In this document: positions 18,199-26,180 of the stretch, piece by piece
How positions within the stretch are numbered: the stretch's first letter is position 1
Layout of the letters: each line of letters begins with the position of its first letter
Assembly (NCBI GenBank): GCA_039589315.1
Contig: JBDHHQ010000011.1
Location: 22,112-86,111 of the forward strand
Source: Gemmatimonadota bacterium
GTDB taxonomy: Bacteria > Gemmatimonadota > Gemmatimonadetes > Longimicrobiales > Gaopeijiaceae
Direction: 5' to 3'
DNA length: 64,000 bases
Made by a program: the position numbers and the translations under genes
Notes under the pieces: generated by a model
Told to the model about the DNA's origin: nothing
The model's database searches: none
Seen by the model: only the letters and a program-made list of their open reading frames with translations

Positions 18199-19196
18199 GC
18201 GCAGCGGCGGCGAGCGCGAACGGAGGATCGGCTGTGTCCGGGCAGGCTACTGCCGGTGGCGCACCCGGTGGGTCGGTCGCGACCTCCGCGGCATCGGGCG
18301 GGACGCTCGAGGGCATCCCCTGCACGCCGGAGTGCCTGCTCCGGGCCGGCAACACCAACTGCGCCGGATGCGGGATGAGCGTCGGGCTCACCATGTTGGG
18401 CCGCGCGCTGGCCGACGCGGGCGAGACGTGCACGCTGGCCATACCGGCGTGCTGCGGCATCGTCACGGCCGGCGCGTTCCCGACGACCAGCTACGGCGTG
18501 CCCGTGGTCGCTACCACTTTCGCGTCGGCACCTGCGGTGGCGTCGGGCATCGCCAGCGTGCGGGACCTGAACGGCGAGACGGGGCAGGTGATCGCCTGGG
18601 CCGGCGACGGGGGCACCTACGACATCGGGCTCGCGACCCTGTCGGCCGCGGCCGAACGGAACGAGAACATCATCTACGTCTGCTACGACAACGAGATCTA
18701 CGGCAACACGGGCGGGCAGCGATCCTCGGCCACGCCCCCCGGGGCCCGGACTACCACCACGCCCGCCGGCAAGCGCGAGGAGAAGAAGGACATCCTGGCC
18801 ATCATGGCCGCCCACCGGGTTCCGTACGCCGCATCCCTCTCCATCGCCCACCCCGAGGACTTCGCACGGAAGATCCGCACGGCGCTTTCGGTCCATGGGA
18901 TGCGCTTCCTGCTCATGCACTCGCCCTGTCCCATGGGATGGAAGTCCGAGCCCGCCGATTCGCCAGAGCTCGTACGCCTGGCGGTGCGGAGCGGGCTCTT
19001 CCCCCTGTACGAGGTCGTGGACGGCGTGTCGTACCGGATCAACGTCGAGCCGGACTGGACCGATCCGGCCGAGTACTTCGCCCGCCAGCGACGCTTTCAG
19101 GACCACCAGGTCGATCTGGAGGCAACCCGGCGCGTCTGCCGGGAGCGGTTCGAGCGGCTGAGCACGATGGCGCGGGCGTTTCCGTTCCCGGACTGA
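18195..19196 (+). CDS. porB: 2-oxoacid (pyruvate-type):acceptor oxidoreductase beta subunit (TPP-binding)
   Basis: ATGA overlap with the alpha stop; CAGCG, AGDGGTYDIG, YDNEIYGNTGGQRS, SPCPMGW. Confidence 0.9.
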   Translation: MSAAAASANGGSAVSGQATAGGAPGGSVATSAASGGTLEGIPCTPECLLRAGNTNCAGCGMSVGLTMLGRALADAGETCTLAIPACCGIVTAGAFPTTSYGVPVVATTFASAPAVASGIASVRDLNGETGQVIAWAGDGGTYDIGLATLSAAAERNENIIYVCYDNEIYGNTGGQRSSATPPGARTTTTPAGKREEKKDILAIMAAHRVPYAASLSIAHPEDFARKIRTALSVHGMRFLLMHSPCPMGWKSEPADSPELVRLAVRSGLFPLYEVVDGVSYRINVEPDWTDPAEYFARQRRFQDHQVDLEATRRVCRERFERLSTMARAFPFPD

Positions 19197-19253
19197 GACG
19201 AGGCGGCCGCGGCGGAGTCGTCCAGGACCTTGGCGCCGGGCATGTCCCGGTCC

Positions 19254-20222
19254 CTATGGGCCCGGCTCGAACGGCATCTCCAGCTCTCCGGCGATGGCTC
19301 GTCGATATAGCGTCTCGTAGTTCTCGGCCATCACCTCCGCGCTGAACCGACGTTCGACGTGTGCCCGGCAGGCCGCCGGATCGATCTCGTCGAGGCGGTC
19401 GAGCGCCTCGACGAACGCGTCGTCCGAAGGGCACAGGAAGCCCACCGGATCGCCACGGGTCTCGAAGAGCTCGGGTTGGGATCCCCGGGGGGACGCCAGC
19501 ACAGGGCACCCCGCCGCCCAGGCTTCGGCCACCACCAGCCCGAAGGGCTCCTCCCACCGGATGGGAAACACGAGCGCGCGGGCACGTCTCAGGAGCTCGG
19601 CCTTCTTCCGGTCGTCCACGGGACCGACCGAGCGGATTCGCGGGCTCGGGTTGAAGCGCCAGCCGCCCGCGATCACGAGCCGACGACCGCTCACTCGGGC
19701 GATCTTCTCGGCTCTGTCGACGCCCTTGGATCGCCGTCCGGGGTCCCCCAGGAACAGCAGGAAGTCGTCCTTCTGCGGCTGATAGACGTAGTCCTGCAGC
19801 TCGATCCCGTTGTACACCCAGTGGCGTCCGCCCAGGCGCTCCATGTGGTTCCGGGACACGAAGGAATGGTGGGGGCCGTAGGTCCTGTCCTCGTTGCCGT
19901 GGATGGTGATGATGTGGGGCCGGGTGGTACGGGCGGCCAGGCCGAAGTGGAAGTGGACCACGTCCAGCCCGGTGGGGAGGTGTGCGTCGGCGTCGAAGGA
20001 GGGGTCGTCGAAGGCCTGTTGGACGATCTTCCTGGGGATGTGCTGGACGATCGCGCCGGTTCCTGCTCCGTGGCTGCCCGGCGGCGCCAGGAGGACCACA
20101 CTGTGTCCCCGGGAGACCAACGTCCGGGCGAGCCAGAGCACCACGCGCTCCGTGCCGCCGTACTTGCGAACCGGCAGCCGTTCGCGGTGGCAGAGCCCGA
20201 TGCGGAGGGGGGAGGCCGACAT
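19254..20222 (-). CDS. GT4-family glycosyltransferase
   Basis: YGGTERVV, KGVDRA and FPIRWEEPFGLVVAEA (E-x7-E) motifs. Confidence 0.9.
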   Translation of the reverse strand: MSASPLRIGLCHRERLPVRKYGGTERVVLWLARTLVSRGHSVVLLAPPGSHGAGTGAIVQHIPRKIVQQAFDDPSFDADAHLPTGLDVVHFHFGLAARTTRPHIITIHGNEDRTYGPHHSFVSRNHMERLGGRHWVYNGIELQDYVYQPQKDDFLLFLGDPGRRSKGVDRAEKIARVSGRRLVIAGGWRFNPSPRIRSVGPVDDRKKAELLRRARALVFPIRWEEPFGLVVAEAWAAGCPVLASPRGSQPELFETRGDPVGFLCPSDDAFVEALDRLDEIDPAACRAHVERRFSAEVMAENYETLYRRAIAGELEMPFEPGP

Positions 20223-20251
20223 GCGTGGAGTCTGGCCCCCGGGCCACCGGT

Positions 20252-20390
20252 GCGCCACCCGGCTGAGAGTGGCGCCCCACACGACCGGGTTCTGGCGCGC
20301 CACGCCGCTGACGAGTGGCGCGCCACACGACCGGGTCTTGGCCCGCCACCCGGCTTACGAGCGGCGCGCCACACGACCGGGTTCGGCACT
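20252..20390. repeat. Three 46-bp tandem units containing GCGCCAC...GTGGCGC hairpins (REP-like)
   Basis: ACGACCGGGT at 20281, 20327 and 20373; each unit contains CGCCAC-N-(G)TGGCG/CGGCG. Confidence 0.8.
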
Positions 20391-20414
20391 CCACCCCGCA
20401 AGCCTCCCGCGCGC

Positions 20415-21434
20415 TTACCGGGGGATGAACTCCTCGACCAGGTTGTACATGATGGTGTTGTCGATGCCACCGATCACGTAGAGGCGACCGCCGAGCGTGA
20501 CCGCCTTCGCTTGGGAGCGGCGCAACCGCGGCTCCGGGTACTCGTACCACTGGTCCGCCACCGGGTCCCACGCCACGTGGGTGGTCTGCTCCACGAAGTT
20601 GGCGTTCTGACCGCCCACGAAGTGGATGCGACCGTCCAGTACCGCGGTTGCCGGCCGATCGCGGACCCGCTTGTGTACGCCGACCTCAGCCCAGGATCCG
20701 TCGCTGGGACTCCGCACGAGCAGCTCGCCGGCCGGATTCGTGTCGAGCGTGGGACCCAGATTCCTGCGGCCGCCGGTCAGGTAGACGGACCCGGCGGCTT
20801 CGACGACGTCCGGCGAGATGCGCAGTTCGGGTCCCGGCTCCCGCGTCCAGGTGCCCGTCGTGGCGTCATACGCCAGGGCCCGCTCATCCGAAGATCCCCA
20901 GCCTCCCACGATCAGGATTCCACCTCCCGCTGTGGTCACGGCGAAGCTGTGTCGGCCCTCGGGCATCGGGGGCCGGGAGCTCCAGGAGTCGCTGTCCGGG
21001 TCGTACGCCCACAGGGACGGGAGTGCCAAAGCCCCTGCCGAAACACCGCCCACCGCGAAGAGGGTGTCGGCCACCACCACCAGACCGTGATTGGCGACCG
21101 GAGCCGGGAAGTCGTTGAGCGGATCCCACTTCCGGGCGGCTACGTCGTACCGGTAGACTCCGTCCACCACGAGCTCCTGAACGCCCTGCTGCGAGATCCC
21201 CGCCACCACCCAGAGGGCGCCCCGGTACGCAGCGACCCCGAACGCCCGGAGGGGGATCGGCAGGTCCGCCGTCCCCTGCCACTCTCCCGTGCCGGTCAGA
21301 AACTCGTTCACCGGCAGGTCTTCGGGCGGCGGTGGGGTGACGTCGGCGGACTCCGACGAGCACGCGGCAGTCAGAAGGCACATCAGGGAAACCAGCGCCG
21401 TCACTGCCGGCGAGCCATCAACCTCGGTCCGCAT
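20415..21434 (-). CDS. Kelch-repeat beta-propeller lipoprotein
   Basis: Lipobox TAAC; repeated GG...YD...W Kelch units (LFAVGG, ILIVGG, VYLTGG, IHFVGG, LYVIGG). Confidence 0.85.
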   Translation of the reverse strand: MRTEVDGSPAVTALVSLMCLLTAACSSESADVTPPPPEDLPVNEFLTGTGEWQGTADLPIPLRAFGVAAYRGALWVVAGISQQGVQELVVDGVYRYDVAARKWDPLNDFPAPVANHGLVVVADTLFAVGGVSAGALALPSLWAYDPDSDSWSSRPPMPEGRHSFAVTTAGGGILIVGGWGSSDERALAYDATTGTWTREPGPELRISPDVVEAAGSVYLTGGRRNLGPTLDTNPAGELLVRSPSDGSWAEVGVHKRVRDRPATAVLDGRIHFVGGQNANFVEQTTHVAWDPVADQWYEYPEPRLRRSQAKAVTLGGRLYVIGGIDNTIMYNLVEEFIPR

Positions 21435-21629
21435 GGCCAGGTCCTTTCCCGGGTCCCTTCCGTCCAGCCGTCACGAGAAGGGATACGCGAACCGCCTGAG
21501 AGCTTTACGGCCGAGGCCCGCCAAGACGCGCTTCCTCCGCGGCCGCTCGCAGAGCGGACTCCGACGAATGCCGGCTTCGGGCGCGCGACCGGACAGCGGG
21601 TGGGCGCCCGTGCGGCCACTCGGCAGGTG

Positions 21630-22508
21630 CTATCGCTTCCGGGTGGCCTCCATCCAGACCTCGATGCCGATCCCCAGGACCGTGAATCCGGACGTCTCGT
21701 CACCCTCGAAGTCGAAGTGCACGGGCCCCTCCTCGACGTCCACGACCTCGCCATCCTGCATGAAGCCGATGTAGAACGTGTTGGGCTCGTCCGAGCGGAC
21801 GAGCTCGAAGGCCCAGTCGCCGTCGTCCACGAGGCCCCGGAGCTTACCGTTGGCATCGATCAGCTCGAGCTCGAACTCCCAGGTTTGATCACCCTCTCCG
21901 AGAATGGTCAGCTCGTAGTCGCCCAGATACGGGGCGATCTCGTCGGGCGTGAAGGCCTCGGCCAGCTCGGTCCGATGGATCCCCACGTCGAGGGAGATGT
22001 ACGTGGTGCCCCAGTGCATGTGGAGGGTGGTGCCGTCTCGGCGCACCTCGGGGAAGTGGAAGGTGAGGACCTCCAGGTGCTCGCCTTCCTGCGGTGCCAC
22101 CGGCAACGAAAGCACGTACTCGTCTTCCGGCGGATGCTGTGTGTGGAAGCGGTCGGCCTTCGGGCTCAGGCGGAGCATCCACTCGCCGTCCTCCTCTGGC
22201 ACGAGCCAGACCGAGTACTTGCCGGCAGCCACGTCGTGACCGTCCAACGTGGCGTCCTTGGAAAACTCGAAGGTCGTGGCCCAGTTGGCCCCCGGGGTCC
22301 AGACCTCACTCCAGTGGATCACGCCACCGAAGATGTCGTCACGGCCACGCGTCTGTGGGCGTGCGTAGTCCACCACGATATCCGTCCCGTCGACGCGCTG
22401 GGAAACTCCGCCCCGCTCGCTGGCCCGCACCTGGGCGTCGGCCTGTGAGACGATCGAAATGAGGAGTACGAGGCCGGCGGCCAGACCGGCTGCGGGGGGG
22501 CGGTGCAT
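21630..22508 (-). CDS. DUF2911 domain secreted protein
   Basis: Signal peptide; VDYARPQTRGRDDIFGG, VWTPGANWATT, AGKYSVW. Confidence 0.88.
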   Translation of the reverse strand: MHRPPAAGLAAGLVLLISIVSQADAQVRASERGGVSQRVDGTDIVVDYARPQTRGRDDIFGGVIHWSEVWTPGANWATTFEFSKDATLDGHDVAAGKYSVWLVPEEDGEWMLRLSPKADRFHTQHPPEDEYVLSLPVAPQEGEHLEVLTFHFPEVRRDGTTLHMHWGTTYISLDVGIHRTELAEAFTPDEIAPYLGDYELTILGEGDQTWEFELELIDANGKLRGLVDDGDWAFELVRSDEPNTFYIGFMQDGEVVDVEEGPVHFDFEGDETSGFTVLGIGIEVWMEATRKR

Positions 22509-22588
22509 GGAACCTCCGGGGTGGGGGCGGACCGGGCCGGCTGGCAGCAGGTCGTAAGAGTGAGGAGCGGCCAGGGACGGGTCCGTGG

Positions 22589-23035
22589 TCAGGCGAAACG
22601 GGCGTCGATGGCCGTGCGGATCGCCTTCAGCTCCTTGCCCTTCTCATGCAGGCGGTACGCCTCTCGCGCCTGGCCCTTGCAGATGTCACAGAACTGGGCC
22701 ATGCCCTGCTCCTCGTAGCAGGTCAGGAGCGAGTAATAGCCGTCCAGCTCGGCGCATCCGCAGTGACAGCGAATGCCGTCCACGATCTCGGGGATCTCCC
22801 GGACCATGTCGTAGACCGGAGCCGCCGACGGGTTGGCCAAGCGGTCCGCGGTCAGGACCTTGGACGCGTCGATCCCGGGGCGCGGATCGGGGTGAGCGAA
22901 TGCGCCGCGTCCATGGGTGACCGGGCCGCAGTGGGTGGCGGAGTCGGCCATCGCCGAGCGGGCACCGGCGGCAACGGCGAGGAGGGCGCCAGGCAGTATG
23001 CCAAGAAAACGTCTACGGGTCTGAGTGTCCTGCAC
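22589..23035 (-). CDS. PCYCGC-motif family protein with twin-arginine signal
   Basis: GTG start then QTRRRFLG Tat motif; IRCHCGC...SLLTCY...FCDICKG. Confidence 0.75.
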   Translation of the reverse strand: MQDTQTRRRFLGILPGALLAVAAGARSAMADSATHCGPVTHGRGAFAHPDPRPGIDASKVLTADRLANPSAAPVYDMVREIPEIVDGIRCHCGCAELDGYYSLLTCYEEQGMAQFCDICKGQAREAYRLHEKGKELKAIRTAIDARFA

Positions 23036-23182
23036 GCGGTCCGTCTCGCTGGAAGATCGTTGAATCACCGCAGGCCGGCACGCGGAGCGCTCGACACGAA
23101 GGCCCACCGCTGTCGGGCTGCCTACCGACGTCACTAACTATCGTGCTTCAGCGGGGTCGATTTCAAGGGCGGTCGTCGGCTA

Positions 23183-23200
23183 CGGCCCCTTTCGGGGCCG
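23183..23200 (-). terminator. Short GC hairpin downstream of the ADH gene
   Basis: Minus strand CGGCCCC-GAAA-GGGGCCG. Confidence 0.4.
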
Positions 23201-23208
23201 CGGCTCAC

Positions 23209-24237
23209 TCACTCCACCCGAAGCACCTTGGCGCCGCGGATCTTCCGGTTCTTCAGCTCTAGAAGCGCCCGGTTCGCGTCTTCCAGGGCGAACTCCTCGA
23301 TCTCGGGCCGGAAGCCCGCCTCGGCGGCCAGGTCCAGGAACTCGCGCACGTCTCGCCGCGCGACGTTGGCCACGCTCTTGATCTCCTTCTCCATCCACAG
23401 GTGCTCAGGGTAGTCCAGCCCGAGCAACTGATCCTGGTCGTGGGACTCCTTGCGGATGGCGTTGATCACCAGGCGGCCCCCCGGGGCCAGGTTGCGCAGA
23501 CCTTCCACCACCGGCTTCCATACGGGCGTCGTGTCGATGATGGCGTGCAGGGGAGACGGTGCCGTGGCCGTGGTATCGCCGGCCCATGCCGCTCCGAGCT
23601 CCAGCGCGAACTCCCGTTCCTGGGGACTCCTGGCAAAGACGAAGACCTCGGTGTCGGGCATGCGGTGGCGCAGCATCTTCAGAACCAGGTGCCCGGATGC
23701 GCCAAACCCGGTAAGGCCCAGTCGCTCGCCTGCGGCGAGTCCGGTCAATCGGAGAGACCGATATCCGATCGCCCCCGCGCACAGGAGCGGCGCGGCCTCG
23801 GTATCGCTCAGCGCGTCCGGGATGGCGTGGGCAAAGGGCGCCGGGACCGTCATGAGCTCCGCGTAGCCACCGTTCACGTCCCGCCCGGTCGCGCGGAAGT
23901 CGGGGCAGAGGTTCTCCTCGCCTCGGCCGCAGTGCTCGCAGGTCCCGCACGCCGAGTGGATCCACGGCACGCCCACCCGGTCGCCGCGGGCCAGGCCGCT
24001 CACGTCGGCTCCCAGGGCTTCCACCACCCCCACGGCCTGATGTCCCAGGATCACGGGGAGGGAGGGCGGAGGCGTCCGACCCTCGATCTCGTCCAGCTCG
24101 GTGTGGCAGACGCCGCAGACGCGGACCCGCACGAGCACGTCGCCGGGACCGGGCGTGGGGTCGGGGACGTCGGCGAGGCGTAGTGGCCGCGGATTCTGCG
24201 CCACTGACCCCAGCGCCTCCAGGAGCATCGCCTTCAT
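23209..24237 (-). CDS. Zinc-dependent alcohol dehydrogenase family protein
   Basis: CGVCHTE, GHQAVG, CGTCEHC...ENLC structural Zn site, LLCAG, GFGASG. Confidence 0.93.
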   Translation of the reverse strand: MKAMLLEALGSVAQNPRPLRLADVPDPTPGPGDVLVRVRVCGVCHTELDEIEGRTPPPSLPVILGHQAVGVVEALGADVSGLARGDRVGVPWIHSACGTCEHCGRGEENLCPDFRATGRDVNGGYAELMTVPAPFAHAIPDALSDTEAAPLLCAGAIGYRSLRLTGLAAGERLGLTGFGASGHLVLKMLRHRMPDTEVFVFARSPQEREFALELGAAWAGDTTATAPSPLHAIIDTTPVWKPVVEGLRNLAPGGRLVINAIRKESHDQDQLLGLDYPEHLWMEKEIKSVANVARRDVREFLDLAAEAGFRPEIEEFALEDANRALLELKNRKIRGAKVLRVE

Positions 24238-24366
24238 TCGTGGGTCACGCCGATCGAGGTCCGGGTGGTGGGTGCGCCGGAGCCGGTGTGGGGCGTTCCA
24301 AGCAGAGCCTCACGACGGGGTGCAGTGGATCACGCTCTCCAGGAGGCGCGCTCACACCGGCCGATG

Positions 24367-24767
24367 TCACGCCTCAGAAGAACGGCGTTCACGCCAGGCG
24401 TCAACGCTCCACGTACCTCCGCCCCAGGCCCAGAGCAGCAGGAACATGAAGCAGAACAGCACTGGCGCCTCACCACGGTTCATGAGGGGCCAGATGGGGT
24501 TCCCCCAAGCATGCCGCCACCAGAAGATGACCGCCATGTGACCAGTGAGCAGGAATGCCACGGGTCGCGTGAAAAGGCCAATCGCCACCAGGGCCCCCCC
24601 GAAGAGCTCGATGATGCCAGCCGTCCAGAAGATCGTGAAGGCCTCGACCGGATTCTCCCGACCGAACCACGCGAACAGTTTCTGGCACCGTGTTGCCAGA
24701 GCTGGAAGCCTGCCACGAACCTCAGGGCGTTCAGAGCCAGCCGTTGAAAGGGTGTCGCGTCCTTCAT
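24367..24767 (-). pseudogene. DoxX-family membrane protein, 1-bp frameshift near 24684
   Basis: MKDATPFQRLALNALRFVAGFQLWQHGA then shifted QKLFAWFG...AGIIELFGGALVAIGLFTRPVAF...NRGE...GGGTWSVD; restoring one C (GCC CAG) joins the frames. Confidence 0.82.
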
Positions 24768-25039
24768 CCGAAGCTCTCCTCGCATGTGGTCTCGAACCAG
24801 CAGCTCCGGCGGGATGCCGCTCTCCACCTGTGACACCGACGGCCCTTCGAACGTTGGCCCCAGCGCGGGGAAGGCGCAGCGATCTCGCGACCAAGGCGGG
24901 AAAAGTGCAGGAGCCCGGCTCCAGGATCGCCAGCGACCAGGGCCGGCGCAATCCGAAAAGCGGCGCGTACGGCGTCGGAGAGATCCGAAAGGGGATCCCA
25001 CGGCACTGTCCATGGGTACACGAGGATTGCCGAGGTTGG

Positions 25040-25080
25040 AAATTAGGCTTACCGAAGTTTAAATTAAGGTTATCCTAAAA
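25040..25080. promoter_or_regulatory. Tandem DtxR/MntR/SirR-type operator boxes
   Basis: TTAGG-ctta-CCGAA (25043-25056) and TAAGG-ttat-CCTAA (25065-25078), 22 bp apart, in an AT island upstream of the DtxR-family gene. Confidence 0.8.
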
Positions 25081-25139
25081 ACCGGCCGATAACCCAGTGT
25101 GACCCAGATGTGCTCTCTTCCACGGGAGGCTAGCCAGCG

Positions 25140-26180
25140 ATGACCGATCCCCTGACCGCCTTGGCGTGGTTCGCGGTCGCTGTCGTGATCGTGGCTGTGG
25201 TCTTCTGGCCTCGACGCGGGGTGGTGGCGCGGTTGTCCCGCCTGCTGGGGATGACCGAGCGGGTCCATTTGGAGGACGCCCTGAAGCACCTGTACAACTG
25301 CGAGTACGCGACGCAGCCCGCGACGCTGGACAGCCTGGCGGGGGCGATCGGCGTTTCGCGAGGGCGAGCCGCTGAGCTCCTCAAGCGGCTGGAGGAATTG
25401 GAACTGGTCGACTCGGACGAAAGGGGTCCCGCCCTGTCCGAGGAAGGTCGTGCGTACGCGCTCCGCATCCTCCGCACGCACCGACTGTGGGAGCGCTACC
25501 TGGCTGATCGCACTGGTGTGCAGCCCACTGAATGGCACCGGGAGGCGGAGCGTCTCGAGCACACCCTGTCCGAAGACGAGACGGATCAGCTGGCCGCCAG
25601 TCTCGGCCATCCCGTCTTCGATCCCCACGGGGATCCAATCCCCACGCGTGACGGCCAGGTGCCGCCGCCGGCCGGCGTGCCCCTGACCGCGCTGAAGCCG
25701 GGCCAACTCGCCACGATCCTCCACCTGGAGGACGAGCCGTCGTCGATCTACGACCGGCTGCTCAGCGAGGGACTCAGCCCCCTGATGGTGGTGCGGGGTG
25801 TGGAGTCGCCCCGGGGGCAAGTCCGCGTGGAGACAGAGGGCCGGGAGCTGGTATTGGAGCCGGTGGTGGCCGGCAACGTGACCGTTCAGGTGTTGCCGCC
25901 CGAAGCCGATGCCGGCGGCTCCGCCGCCACCCTGGACGAGCTGGCGGCCGGAGAAGCCGCCATGGTCACGGGCATCTCGGCCGTGTGCCAGGGTCCTCAG
26001 CGACGCCGGCTCCTGGATCTGGGCGTCGTGCCGGGAACGACTGTCACGGCCGAGCTCCGGAGCGCGTCCGGTGATCCGGTGGCCTACCGGATCCGGGGAG
26101 CCCTGATCGGGCTCCGCCGTGAGCAGGCGTCCTGGATCCACGTCGATCGCAAGCCGGCGGGCGGGGAGGACGTGGCGTGA
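25140..26180 (+). CDS. DtxR/MntR-family metal-dependent regulator with N-terminal TM helix and two FeoA domains
   Basis: Hydrophobic N-terminus; [38 protein letters not shown]-terminal [13 protein letters not shown]...[16 protein letters not shown] (FeoA). Confidence 0.92.
   Translation: MTDPLTALAWFAVAVVIVAVVFWPRRGVVARLSRLLGMTERVHLEDALKHLYNCEYATQPATLDSLAGAIGVSRGRAAELLKRLEELELVDSDERGPALSEEGRAYALRILRTHRLWERYLADRTGVQPTEWHREAERLEHTLSEDETDQLAASLGHPVFDPHGDPIPTRDGQVPPPAGVPLTALKPGQLATILHLEDEPSSIYDRLLSEGLSPLMVVRGVESPRGQVRVETEGRELVLEPVVAGNVTVQVLPPEADAGGSAATLDELAAGEAAMVTGISAVCQGPQRRRLLDLGVVPGTTVTAELRSASGDPVAYRIRGALIGLRREQASWIHVDRKPAGGEDVA

Noticed and set aside
3249..20390. The 34-bp and 46-bp repeats as CRISPR arrays
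   Set aside because: No identical 23-47-nt repeats separated by unique spacers, and no cas genes.
19359..22448. Very long opposite-strand ORFs (e.g. 1029 aa here; also 14127..16229, 31290..33341, 26336..28024, 43158..44741)
   Set aside because: They are antisense shadows of well-supported genes; high GC depletes stop codons and they show no protein motifs.
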